From Acidobacteriota bacterium (GTDB lineage Bacteria; Acidobacteriota; Vicinamibacteria; Vicinamibacterales; UBA8438), in NCBI GenBank assembly GCA_009861545.1, contig VXME01000022.1, positions 18,225-82,224 on the forward strand: 64,000 nt of DNA, in the 5' to 3' direction. Of this stretch, positions 9,376 to 17,383 are shown one piece after another (within the stretch, counting starts at the first letter, position 1; each line of letters begins with the position of its first letter). The position numbers were made by a program, and so were the translations under genes. The notes under the pieces were generated by a model, which was not told the DNA's origin, made no database searches, and was given only the letters and a program-made list of their open reading frames with translations.

Positions 9376-9794
9376 GGTACTGGGATGCTTCGGCGCTCGT
9401 TCCTTTGCTTGTCGGCGAAGCCGACAGCGAGCTGGTTCGCGGCTGGCTGTTCGAGGACGACCACATCGTCACGTGGGTCTGGACACGCACCGAGATCACG
9501 GGCGCGATCGAGCGACGGACCCGCGAAGGCTCGATCTCGCGCTCGCAGCGCCGCGAACTCCTGGAACGGCTCAGGGTCCTCGCCGGTCGCTGGGACGAAG
9601 TGACCGAAGTACTGGCGGTCCGGGCTCGAGCGGATGCGTTGTTGGCGAGGCACGCGCTACGCGCCGCCGATGCGGGACAACTCGGTGCGGCACTCCTGGT
9701 CCAGGAACAGCTAGCCGGACCGCTCACGTTCGCCTGTCGGGATCAGCGGCTCTTGTCGGTCGCGGATCTGGAGGGGCTCCGGATACTGGCGTGA
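9372..9794 (+). CDS. PIN-domain (VapC-like) toxin
   Basis: Starts at TTG 9372. (M)RYWDASALVPLLV ... TEITGAIERR ... ALRAADAGQLGAALL is a PIN fold pattern. It is paired with the upstream Phd-type antitoxin. Confidence 0.75.
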   Translation: MRYWDASALVPLLVGEADSELVRGWLFEDDHIVTWVWTRTEITGAIERRTREGSISRSQRRELLERLRVLAGRWDEVTEVLAVRARADALLARHALRAADAGQLGAALLVQEQLAGPLTFACRDQRLLSVADLEGLRILA

Positions 9795-10303
9795 TCCACC
9801 CTGGATCCCGGCAGCGGTGGACGCCGCAGATGAGCCTGCTCGGGCTTCGTGTCAGAACAGCGCCGGCTGGCCCCGGTACGCGCGTTCACGGCTTCAGGCT
9901 CGAACGATTCGATCAGCCGCCGCGCCTCCGCGAGGTATCCCTCGTCCGTCTCGAAACCGACGAAGCGGACGCCGAGGACCTTGCACGCCAGGGCGCTGTG
10001 TCCGAGCCCGAGGAAGGGATCCATCATCCTTGTCACGCGCTCGAGACCGTGCAGGCGGGCGCACATCATCGGTATGCGGACGGGGAAGGTCGCCGGATGC
10101 GGACGATCCCTGTCGCGGCTCTTGATCGTCCGGTAGGGCACGAACCCGTTCGCAAAAAAACGAACGGAATCGCCAGTAGACGCGGTGTAGTTTCGGCTGG
10201 CAGGCCAGATGGGTCCGACGCCGTAGCGGGCCCATCCTGGAACGGAGAGGACGAACGACGGCTCCGAGAGCCGCCGGGAGACGAACTCAATGCGCGAGCC
10301 CGT
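9743..10303 (-). pseudogene. C-terminal half of a beta-class N4/N6 DNA methyltransferase (HPATFP + motif I), with no start codon of its own, in frame behind the TGA of the upstream MTase ORF
   Basis: The frame is open from just after TGA 10304-10306 down to 9743. It encodes GPIWPAS...RPHPATFPVRIP...MMDPFLGLGHSALACKVLGVRFVGFETDEGYLAEARRLIE. The tail after RRLIE is R/S/P-rich and overlaps the convergent PIN gene by 52 nt. Confidence 0.6.
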
Positions 10304-11581
10304 TCACGCCGAAGGTTTCCGAAAGAGAAGGATCTTCTCGTCCTGAATGACGTTGTAGAGCCCGAACACGATCTTCGGGATCTCGCGCTCGCGTTCCAGG
10401 CCGGCACTGACCGCCCAATCGCCCATGTGCTCGGTCGTCGTGCACTCGCTGCGATCAACCGTCGCGTTACCGATGACGAACGCGGCCGCAGCACCAGGCT
10501 TCAAGACGCGAGCGACCTCACGGAACATCTGTTGCAGGTCCGCGTTGTAGAGCGCGAGCTTCTTGGATGGCCCGCGGCCACGAACGCCGGTCATCTCCCT
10601 GCGGAGCGCCTGGAGACTGACGCCCAGGGCGTCGAGCGCGTGCTCGTCGTTCTTCGCATAGTCCAAGGCAATCGAATACGGCGGAGACGTGACGACAGCG
10701 TCGACCGAGGCGTCCTCGACGCCAGCGGCGCCGAGGGCACGGGAGTCGCCAAGGACCGCGGAAACGGCACCAGGGGCGATGCGAAAGCGGTCGAGCGCGG
10801 TAGCGTGCGCCTCGACAGACTCAAGCATCGCCCGCAGGTTCTTGCGAAGCGACGCACGGCCGTCACGTTTGCGGCGCGAGACGTCGCTGAGAGTGACCAT
10901 ACGCGCGATCTGCAAGAAATCGGCGACGACAGGGTCATCGGCGCGAGCGATCGACGGATCAAGAGGGTCGAGAGCGTCCTCGTCGAGAAGAGCGAGAACG
11001 CGGGCACGGATGGCGTCGACAGCGTGGACCGAAGCGGTCTTGACACGCGTCAGGAGGACGCAAAGCGGCGAGACGTCAACGCCAACGCAGTCGATGCCGA
11101 GCAACGAAGCCTCGAGAGCGGTCGTGCCGCTACCCACGTAGGGATCGAGGACGAGAGAGCCCGAGCGAACGCCGAGGATGTTGAGCAACGCACGAACCAT
11201 CTGAGGGTGGAACTTGCCACGGTACGGGTAGATCCAGTGCGTCAGGTACTGGTTGACGGACCGCGTGCGGTTGAAGTGACCGCCCTGATACGCGGGACGA
11301 ATGAGTTGCTCGTAGACCGTCGGGGCTCCGTCGAGGGTGGCCACGTATGCGGCACGATTGAGGACGTCAGGGCCGGTCCCGTTGACATGCACACGTGCGT
11401 GCCACGGATTGTCCTCATCGCGGGTCCAATCGGCGCAGCCCAGCGACCGCGCCTCGATGCGAGCGAGGTGCTCCTCGTAGATGAACTGAACGTTCCGGGG
11501 AAGAGTGAGGCTGCTCATGGCGGGACGGTACCAAAAAACGAGCGCCGGTACAACCCTCAATTGAGAGCTTCCGCCGGCCAT
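10304..11581 (-). CDS. SAM-dependent N4/N6-type DNA methyltransferase (motif I before motif IV)
   Basis: FHPQMVRALLNILGVRSGSLVLDPYVGSGTTALEA (motif I), GVDVSP, then LGDSRAL..SVDAVVTSPPYS (motif IV), RVLKPGAAAAFVIGN and EKILLFRKP. An alternative start is ATG 11518 (MSSLTL). Confidence 0.8.
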   Translation of the reverse strand: MAGGSSQLRVVPALVFWYRPAMSSLTLPRNVQFIYEEHLARIEARSLGCADWTRDEDNPWHARVHVNGTGPDVLNRAAYVATLDGAPTVYEQLIRPAYQGGHFNRTRSVNQYLTHWIYPYRGKFHPQMVRALLNILGVRSGSLVLDPYVGSGTTALEASLLGIDCVGVDVSPLCVLLTRVKTASVHAVDAIRARVLALLDEDALDPLDPSIARADDPVVADFLQIARMVTLSDVSRRKRDGRASLRKNLRAMLESVEAHATALDRFRIAPGAVSAVLGDSRALGAAGVEDASVDAVVTSPPYSIALDYAKNDEHALDALGVSLQALRREMTGVRGRGPSKKLALYNADLQQMFREVARVLKPGAAAAFVIGNATVDRSECTTTEHMGDWAVSAGLEREREIPKIVFGLYNVIQDEKILLFRKPSA

Positions 11582-11587
11582 CCTCTG

Positions 11588-11842
11588 TCAGGAGTCCTCG
11601 GTCACCTCGCGATCATCGTCGTCGCCCACGTGGCGCAAGTACCGCGACAGGCGATCAACGTGTCGACGCTCATCAGGATGGAGGTCGCAACGGAACGAGC
11701 AGCCAGCGAGCCAGTGATCTTGAACGTCGTGCACCCAGGGCTGCAACGGAGAATTGGGAACCGCTCTTCCATCCAAGACAAGTCCAGCGCGGGACGCCCG
11801 CAAGATGGGACAGCGGGTCGGGTCAGGCAGACCCGGGTCCAT
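11588..11842 (-). CDS. Hypothetical small protein (84 aa)
   Basis: An open frame from ATG 11842 that fills the gap between the small GGFQ protein and the MTase. Its stop lies 6 nt before the MTase ATG. Cys/His-rich (CSFRCDLHPDERRH). No family recognised. Confidence 0.3.
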   Translation of the reverse strand: MDPGLPDPTRCPILRASRAGLVLDGRAVPNSPLQPWVHDVQDHWLAGCSFRCDLHPDERRHVDRLSRYLRHVGDDDDREVTEDS

Positions 11843-11861
11843 GGACGCCGCGACGGTCGGC

Positions 11862-12101
11862 CTACGCGAACGGACCGAGGGTCCGCGCAAAGATGCGGTC
11901 GAGACGCTCTTGCCAGCCACCACTTCCGTACTCGGTGCGGTACTGACGAATCGTGGCGACATCCGCGTCGGTTAGTTCCAGCTCTCCGTTTGGCTGAACG
12001 GCGGCATGGAGGCGTTCGAGCAGCGTTTGGAAGCCGCCCTGACCAGTGAGAGGGTCGTTCAGCGCGGCGCGCTCATCAGCGTTCAGAGTGATCGTGGGCA
12101 C
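11862..12101 (-). CDS. Hypothetical small protein (79 aa) with duplicated GGFQ/GGWQ motif
   Basis: The GTG at 12101 follows AGGAGA at good spacing. The sequence is VPTITLNADERAALNDPLTGQGGFQTLLERL...YRTEYGSGGWQERLDRIF. The upstream part of the long track ORF looks non-coding. Confidence 0.55.
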   Translation of the reverse strand: MPTITLNADERAALNDPLTGQGGFQTLLERLHAAVQPNGELELTDADVATIRQYRTEYGSGGWQERLDRIFARTLGPFA

Positions 12102-12337
12102 GGGAGTATCTCCTGTGGGAAGGAACTGAAACCGGGTACTGACACGTAGCGGGGCACTCTTCCTGAACATGCCCCAGCCGGGTGTTGCCCGAGGCGTTGC
12201 GCCGGAGTGGTGTCGCCGGGCACCGGGCCTACTGGATAGCAGCTCCTGCATGCCGGCAACGCAGTCGCGCCGGTGGATGACGGTCTCGGCCCCGTTCGAC
12301 GTGCTGCGGAATTCCGTCTCCGTCGCCATTCCGGCGT

Positions 12338-13477
12338 TCAGTTGGCGCAGGCGAGCTCGGCCTCGACCGGCTCGAGCTGATCCAGCCAGTACGCGTCGTC
12401 GTCGCGCCGGCGCACGAAGAAGCGGCTCAGGTCGTCGGGGTTCTTGGCCTGGTGATAGCGCAGGTAGATCCGCTCTTCGTCGACGCCGACGATCTCTACC
12501 TTGCCGGTCTCGTGCGACATGCAGTACTTCGCCCGCCGCGCGAGCCCGGAGCCCCGCCGGAGCGCCTCCTGGAAGATGTGCCAGCCGCGCACGATCGGCA
12601 CCTCGTAGGGCTCGTTGCCCGCCGTCGGCCGTCCCTGGAACAGATAGTACGGGGGGCAGCCGATGTAGGAGAGCTTCGAGTACATCTCGGCAAGCACGTC
12701 CGGGTCGTCGTTGATGCCCCTGATCAACGGGCACTGGTTCACGCAGATGACGCCGTTGCGGAGGCAGGTGTCGATGCCGATGATCGCGTCGTCGGTCAGC
12801 TCGCGCGGGTGATCGAAGTGCGCCATCAGGTAGATGCGCTTCTCCGGCGTCGAGTACTTCCGGAACGCCGCCTGCAACTCTTCGTCGCGCCGGACGCGCC
12901 ACGGGTCGAACGCCGGCATCTTCGATCCGATGCGGATGATGCGGACGTGCTCGATGCCGCGCAACGCCTCGAAGATCTCGACCAGCCGCCGCGTGCTCAT
13001 CAGCAGCGGGTCGCCGCCGGTCAGCAGGACGTTGGTGACCTCCGGGTGCTCGGCGATGTACGCCAGCCCCGCGCTGACGTCGTTGGTCACCTCGTCGTTG
13101 TCGTCCATGAACAGCCGCTTGCGGAAGCAGTAGCGGCAGTAGGCGCCGCAGACCTCGTTGCACAGCAGCAGCACGGTGTCGACGTACTTGTGCTGCACCC
13201 CGCGCGCGACGGTCACCGCGCTCTCGTTGCTGGCGTCGAGCCGGCCCCAGTCGTTCAGCTCCTCCTGGCGCGGAATGATCAACTGCCTGATCGGGTCGTC
13301 GGGATCGTCCCAGTCGATCAGGTGCAGGTAGTAGTCGTTGGCGCGGAAGACGTACTCCTCGGTCACCGGCTGCAGCCGCGCGATCTCGTCCGAGGGGATC
13401 TCGGGCACCTGATCCAGTCGTCGGATGTACTTCACTCGTCGCCGCTCCGACGACGCTGACATCGTGGGCGTGTTCAT
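12338..13477 (-). CDS. KamA-family radical SAM protein (lysine 2,3-aminomutase-like)
   Basis: The ATG at 13477 follows GGAGG. It has the CGAYCRYCFRKR CX3CX2C cluster, LLTGGDPL and a KamA-type N-terminus (YYLHLIDWDDPDDPIRQLIIPRQEEL). Confidence 0.88.
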   Translation of the reverse strand: MNTPTMSASSERRRVKYIRRLDQVPEIPSDEIARLQPVTEEYVFRANDYYLHLIDWDDPDDPIRQLIIPRQEELNDWGRLDASNESAVTVARGVQHKYVDTVLLLCNEVCGAYCRYCFRKRLFMDDNDEVTNDVSAGLAYIAEHPEVTNVLLTGGDPLLMSTRRLVEIFEALRGIEHVRIIRIGSKMPAFDPWRVRRDEELQAAFRKYSTPEKRIYLMAHFDHPRELTDDAIIGIDTCLRNGVICVNQCPLIRGINDDPDVLAEMYSKLSYIGCPPYYLFQGRPTAGNEPYEVPIVRGWHIFQEALRRGSGLARRAKYCMSHETGKVEIVGVDEERIYLRYHQAKNPDDLSRFFVRRRDDDAYWLDQLEPVEAELACAN

Positions 13478-13881
13478 GTGCCTGCCTCCGGCGGCGCTAC
13501 ACGAGCGCACGCCAATCGTCGTCCGTGTTGAGGCTCCGCTACGAACGCGCGGCGAGGGGTCATCGCGGGGCCGGTCGAAGCCGCGCTTCACATCGAAGCG
13601 CCGACCCCGCCGCGCCGGGCGATGCGGATACCCCGCCGACCTCGGTGCAACGTAGCCCTGTTTCCACGGACTGTTCGAGTCCGACGGAATCGCCCGGGCC
13701 GACAGTGCTGACGCCGAGCCACGAGCCGCATCCGGGGCGCCCGCATCGGGCTGACGGCCCCTTGGGGGATCCGCAGTATGGCCCACGATGCGGGTCCGGC
13801 GCAAGCCCCGGCCCGGCCCCGACCGGTAGCGCCCGGCGCGCACCGAGACGCTATCGGTGGCGTTCGGCTCGCGGCCGGGCC

Positions 13882-14760
13882 CTACCGGTCGCGTTCGTAC
13901 TCGCGGCGGAGGGCCGGGGACAGCGGGTAGACGTCGCGGAAACGGTGCTCGCCGGACCGCAGCAGTTCCCGTTCGTGCTCCTCGAGCGCCGCCTGCTCCT
14001 CGGCGGCCCGCAGCACGTCGGGCACCAGCGCCGGTGGGAAGAACAGCACGCCGGTTTCGTCCGCCACGACGACATCCCCCGGCAGTACCGTGGCCGTCCC
14101 GATGCGGACCGGGGCGTTCCACTCGACGCCCAGCCAACTCGTTGTGGTGACGTCGAAGAAGCGGGCGAAAACCGGGAAGTCGGCGAAGGCCGGTCCGACC
14201 AGCTCGGCGAGGTCCCGGCTACCGCCGTCGATGACCACCCCGGCCGCCCCGCGCAACCTGATGCCGAGCGCCCCCATGCCGCCGAACAGCACGTGCCCGT
14301 CCGCCCCGCCCAGTTCGGCGACCACCACGTCGCCCGGCCGGGCCTCCTCGGCCGCGCGCGCGTAGTAGCGGCGGTCCCAGTCGCCCTCGGCCGCGAGTTG
14401 ATCGATGGCAGCCACCAGGTCCGGGCGCGGCGGCAGGAAGCGCATCGTCAGCGCGCGACCCGCGACGCGGTGGCCGGGCTGCGTCGCCCGGAAGCCGCGC
14501 ACGTAGTTCGTGCGGTAGTCGCCGAGCGAGCGCCAGATGTCCTCGAGCTGCATCTCGCCGAGCCGCGAGAGATCCTCGTCGCTGACCTCCGCCGCGGCCT
14601 GTTTCGACCGGATGACGTCCATGATCGCGCTGTAGGAGGACCGGTTGGCGCGGAAGCCCTCGGGCGGCGCGACGTCGCCGGCGCCGGGGGAGTCGGCCTC
14701 CTGGGCGGTGGCGACGCCGGCCGTCAGCGCTGCGGCGAGTGTGATGATTCCGATGCGCAT
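13882..14760 (-). CDS. RraA/HMG-aldolase family protein with N-terminal signal peptide
   Basis: The ATG at 14760 follows AGGAGG. MRIGIITLAAALTAGVATAQ is signal-like. The core PGDVVVAELGG...GGMGALGIRLRGAAGVVIDGGSRD is the RraA-family pattern. Confidence 0.7.
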   Translation of the reverse strand: MRIGIITLAAALTAGVATAQEADSPGAGDVAPPEGFRANRSSYSAIMDVIRSKQAAAEVSDEDLSRLGEMQLEDIWRSLGDYRTNYVRGFRATQPGHRVAGRALTMRFLPPRPDLVAAIDQLAAEGDWDRRYYARAAEEARPGDVVVAELGGADGHVLFGGMGALGIRLRGAAGVVIDGGSRDLAELVGPAFADFPVFARFFDVTTTSWLGVEWNAPVRIGTATVLPGDVVVADETGVLFFPPALVPDVLRAAEEQAALEEHERELLRSGEHRFRDVYPLSPALRREYERDR

Positions 14761-14920
14761 GGGACCTCCTTGCGTGAGCCGTGGGCGAACGTGGCGGATA
14801 CGGCTCGGGTGAGCCGTGCGCGAAGTCGACGGATACGGATGATACCGCCGATCCGCACTTGTTCCGCGGGGACGCGGCCGGGTATAAGAGAGCGACGCCC
14901 CGGTGGGGCGCGGAGGCACG

Positions 14921-15565
14921 ATGGCTGATCTGTCGCGGCGTGAGATGCTCAAGCGGGTGGTGGTGGCGGGTGCGGCGGCGACCCTGCCCGCTCCGGGGTC
15001 GGCGGCCGTCGCGGCCCAGTCGACGGCCGAGTCGTTCGAGACGCTCGCCGCCGGCGAGGGAGCGACGTTGCGGGCCGTGGTCGCGCGGCTCATTCCGTCC
15101 GACGAGCGCGGGCCCGGCGCGCTCGAAGCGGGTGCGGCGACCTACATCGATCGGGCCCTGGCCGGGCCGCTCGCCGGATCGCTGGAGGCGTACCGCGGCG
15201 GCCTCGCGGCGCTCGACCGGTACGCGCGGTCGTTGCGGGGGATGCACTTCGCGGCGCTCGACGCGGCCGATCAGGATGCACTGCTCCGGAACGTGGAGGC
15301 CAACGCCGCACCCGAGTTCGGACCCGGCGCGGCCGGCTTCTTCAACCTGCTGCTGACCCATACGAGCCAGGGCACCTTTTCGGACCCGGCCCACGGCGGC
15401 AACGTCGACTTCATCGGCTGGCGGATGCTCGGCTACCCGGGCGTCCGCACGGTGGTCACCCCGGACCTGCAGCGGATCGACCGGATGCCGCCGGAGCGGC
15501 AGGTGTCCGCCTACGATTTTCCGGCGTTCAGCGCCGCCCGCGAACGGAGGACCCGTGGCCGTTGA
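14921..15565 (+). CDS. Gluconate 2-dehydrogenase subunit 3-like protein (Tat signal)
   Basis: MADLSRREMLKRVVVAGAAATL is a Tat motif. The size and position directly before a GMC flavoprotein fit. A GGAGG precedes the ATG. Confidence 0.75.
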   Translation: MADLSRREMLKRVVVAGAAATLPAPGSAAVAAQSTAESFETLAAGEGATLRAVVARLIPSDERGPGALEAGAATYIDRALAGPLAGSLEAYRGGLAALDRYARSLRGMHFAALDAADQDALLRNVEANAAPEFGPGAAGFFNLLLTHTSQGTFSDPAHGGNVDFIGWRMLGYPGVRTVVTPDLQRIDRMPPERQVSAYDFPAFSAARERRTRGR

Positions 15566-17261
15566 ACTTCCGAAACGGGATGTGGTGGTCGTCGGGCTCG
15601 GGGCCGTGGGCGGCGTCGCGGTGCTGCCGCTCGCCGAGGCCGGCATGGACGTGGTGGGTCTGGAGGCCGGCTCCTGGCTGCGCGCGCGCGATCATGCGCC
15701 GGACGAGTTGTTCAACAACTACCGCGGCTGGCCCGAGTCGGTACAGAAGGCGAACCGCGAGATCCCGGTGCATCGCCGCACCGCGTCGTCGCCCGATTCG
15801 CCGCGCGGCGCGCTGCACCCGATGATGAACGCGGTCGGCGGCACGTCGCTGCACTACTGGGCGCAGAGCTGGCGGCTCAGTCCCTGGGACTTCGAGGTCG
15901 TCAGCGCCACCTCGCGGCGCTACGGCGCGTCGAGGTTGCCGGTGGGGTCGACGGTCGAGGACTGGCCCTTCGGACTCGACGAGCTCGAGGCGTACTACGA
16001 CCGGGTCGAGCACGCGATCGGCGTCTCCGGGCAGGCCGGCAACGTCGGCGGCGAGATCGACGAGCGGGGCAACGTCTTCGAGGGGCCGCGGCGCCGACCG
16101 TATCCGATGCCCCCGTTGCGCTGGACCGGCTTCATCGAGCAGATGGCCGACGCGGCCCGCGGGCTCGGCTGGCATCCGTTTCCCGGACCGGCGGCGGTCA
16201 ACTCCGTGCGTTACCAGAACCGCGCGGCGTGCGCCTATCACGGCTTCTGCGACCGCGGCGGCTGCCACCTCGACGCGAAGAACTCGACCGCCGTCTCGAC
16301 GATCCCCCGCGCGCAGGAAACCGGACGCCTGCAGGTGGTGACCGAGGCGCACGTCCGGCGCGTCGCGGTGGACGGCGAGGGTCGCGCGACCGGCGTCAGC
16401 TACATCAAGGACGGCGAGGAGTACGTGCAGCCGGCAGACGTCGTCCTGCTGGCCGGTTACACCTACGAGAACGTCCGCCTGATGCTCCTCTCGAAGTCGC
16501 CCGCGTATCCCGACGGCCTGTCGAACAACGGCGGCCAGGTCGGCCGCCACTACATGACGCACGCCACCGGGGCCGGTGTGCTGGCGCTCTTCCCGCACCG
16601 GCTCAACCGCTGGTACGGGCTGCCGGCGCAGGGCGTCGCGATCGACGACTGGGCGGCCGACAACTTCGACCACGCGGACCTCGACTTCATCGGCGGCGGC
16701 AACCTGTGGATCTACTCGGACCGCCGGCCGATCGCGGCGGCCCGCATGCCCACCTTCGGGCGCGTTCCGCGCTGGGGCTCGGCGTGGAAGGCTTTCGTGG
16801 CCGACAACGCCGACCGCTGGACCAACTGCTACATCCAGAAGTCGACGCTGCCTTACGAGGACAACTATCTGGACCTGCATCCGACGGTGACGGACCCGCT
16901 GGGCGATCCGGTCTGCCGCATCACCGCCGACTTCAAGGACAACGAGCGCCGCATCGCGACGTTCGTGCAGGACCGGATGGTGGAGTGGTTCCGCGCCGCC
17001 GGCGCCGTCGAGATCATCCGCCAGGGCCTCGGGACGATGGGCCCGTCCACCCACGCCTACGGCGGTACGCGGATGGGGGACGACCCGGAGACCAACGTCG
17101 TCGACCGCTGGGGTTTCTCCCACGAGGTCCCGAATCTCGGCATTCTCGGCGCCTCGGTGATGGGGACGAGCGGGTCGCACAACCCGACGCTGACGGCCCA
17201 GGGGCTGGGGTGGCGTTCCGCGGCGCACCTGGTCGAAGACTGGTCGTCGATTGCGGAATAG
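15555..17261 (+). CDS. GMC family FAD oxidoreductase (gluconate 2-dehydrogenase flavoprotein-like)
   Basis: The N-terminal DVVVVGLGAVGG is a Rossmann motif, and the C-terminal region (HAYGGTRMGDDPETNVVD) is GMC-like. The GTG start overlaps the upstream gene by 11 nt. Confidence 0.85.
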   Translation: MAVELPKRDVVVVGLGAVGGVAVLPLAEAGMDVVGLEAGSWLRARDHAPDELFNNYRGWPESVQKANREIPVHRRTASSPDSPRGALHPMMNAVGGTSLHYWAQSWRLSPWDFEVVSATSRRYGASRLPVGSTVEDWPFGLDELEAYYDRVEHAIGVSGQAGNVGGEIDERGNVFEGPRRRPYPMPPLRWTGFIEQMADAARGLGWHPFPGPAAVNSVRYQNRAACAYHGFCDRGGCHLDAKNSTAVSTIPRAQETGRLQVVTEAHVRRVAVDGEGRATGVSYIKDGEEYVQPADVVLLAGYTYENVRLMLLSKSPAYPDGLSNNGGQVGRHYMTHATGAGVLALFPHRLNRWYGLPAQGVAIDDWAADNFDHADLDFIGGGNLWIYSDRRPIAAARMPTFGRVPRWGSAWKAFVADNADRWTNCYIQKSTLPYEDNYLDLHPTVTDPLGDPVCRITADFKDNERRIATFVQDRMVEWFRAAGAVEIIRQGLGTMGPSTHAYGGTRMGDDPETNVVDRWGFSHEVPNLGILGASVMGTSGSHNPTLTAQGLGWRSAAHLVEDWSSIAE

Positions 17262-17383
17262 AAGCGGCCTTGCGAGGATGGGATATCCCTTCCGCCGGCC
17301 AACCTCCATACCGGGAGGCGGGAACCGGCTGCGCCGTCGAGCCGTACAGGTCGGTTCGCGGTGCCGCCGTGCCCGTCGCGTCG

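Noticed and set aside
10304-10306. TGA between the MTase ORF and the in-frame MTase C-terminal half, read as a selenocysteine codon
   Set aside because: The nearest hairpin (about 25-50 nt downstream) has a tri/penta-loop and spacing unlike the fdnG SECIS. Sec has no known role at this position in MTases. I kept this only as a low-probability alternative in the MTase finding.
9278-12049. 923-aa plus-strand ORF spanning the PIN gene, the MTase and the small ORFs
   Set aside because: Only its first part could overlap real plus-strand coding. The rest is antisense to the MTase, whose SAM and SPPY motifs are clear. It has low-complexity, Arg-rich composition.
12102-12329. Longer 155-aa version of the small GGFQ protein, starting at ATG 12329
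   Set aside because: The middle segment (SRPGARRHHSGATPRATPGWG..) looks non-coding, and a strong AGGAGA-GTG start exists at 12101. I kept the first ~30 codons only as a possible MTase N-terminal remnant in the findings.
13655-13690. tRNA T-arm-like hairpin (CGGAC-TGTTCGA-GTCCG) in the long intergenic region
   Set aside because: There is no complementary acceptor-stem sequence and no D or anticodon arms within 90 nt on either strand. The loop is offset from the canonical TTCGAAT. This is not a tRNA.
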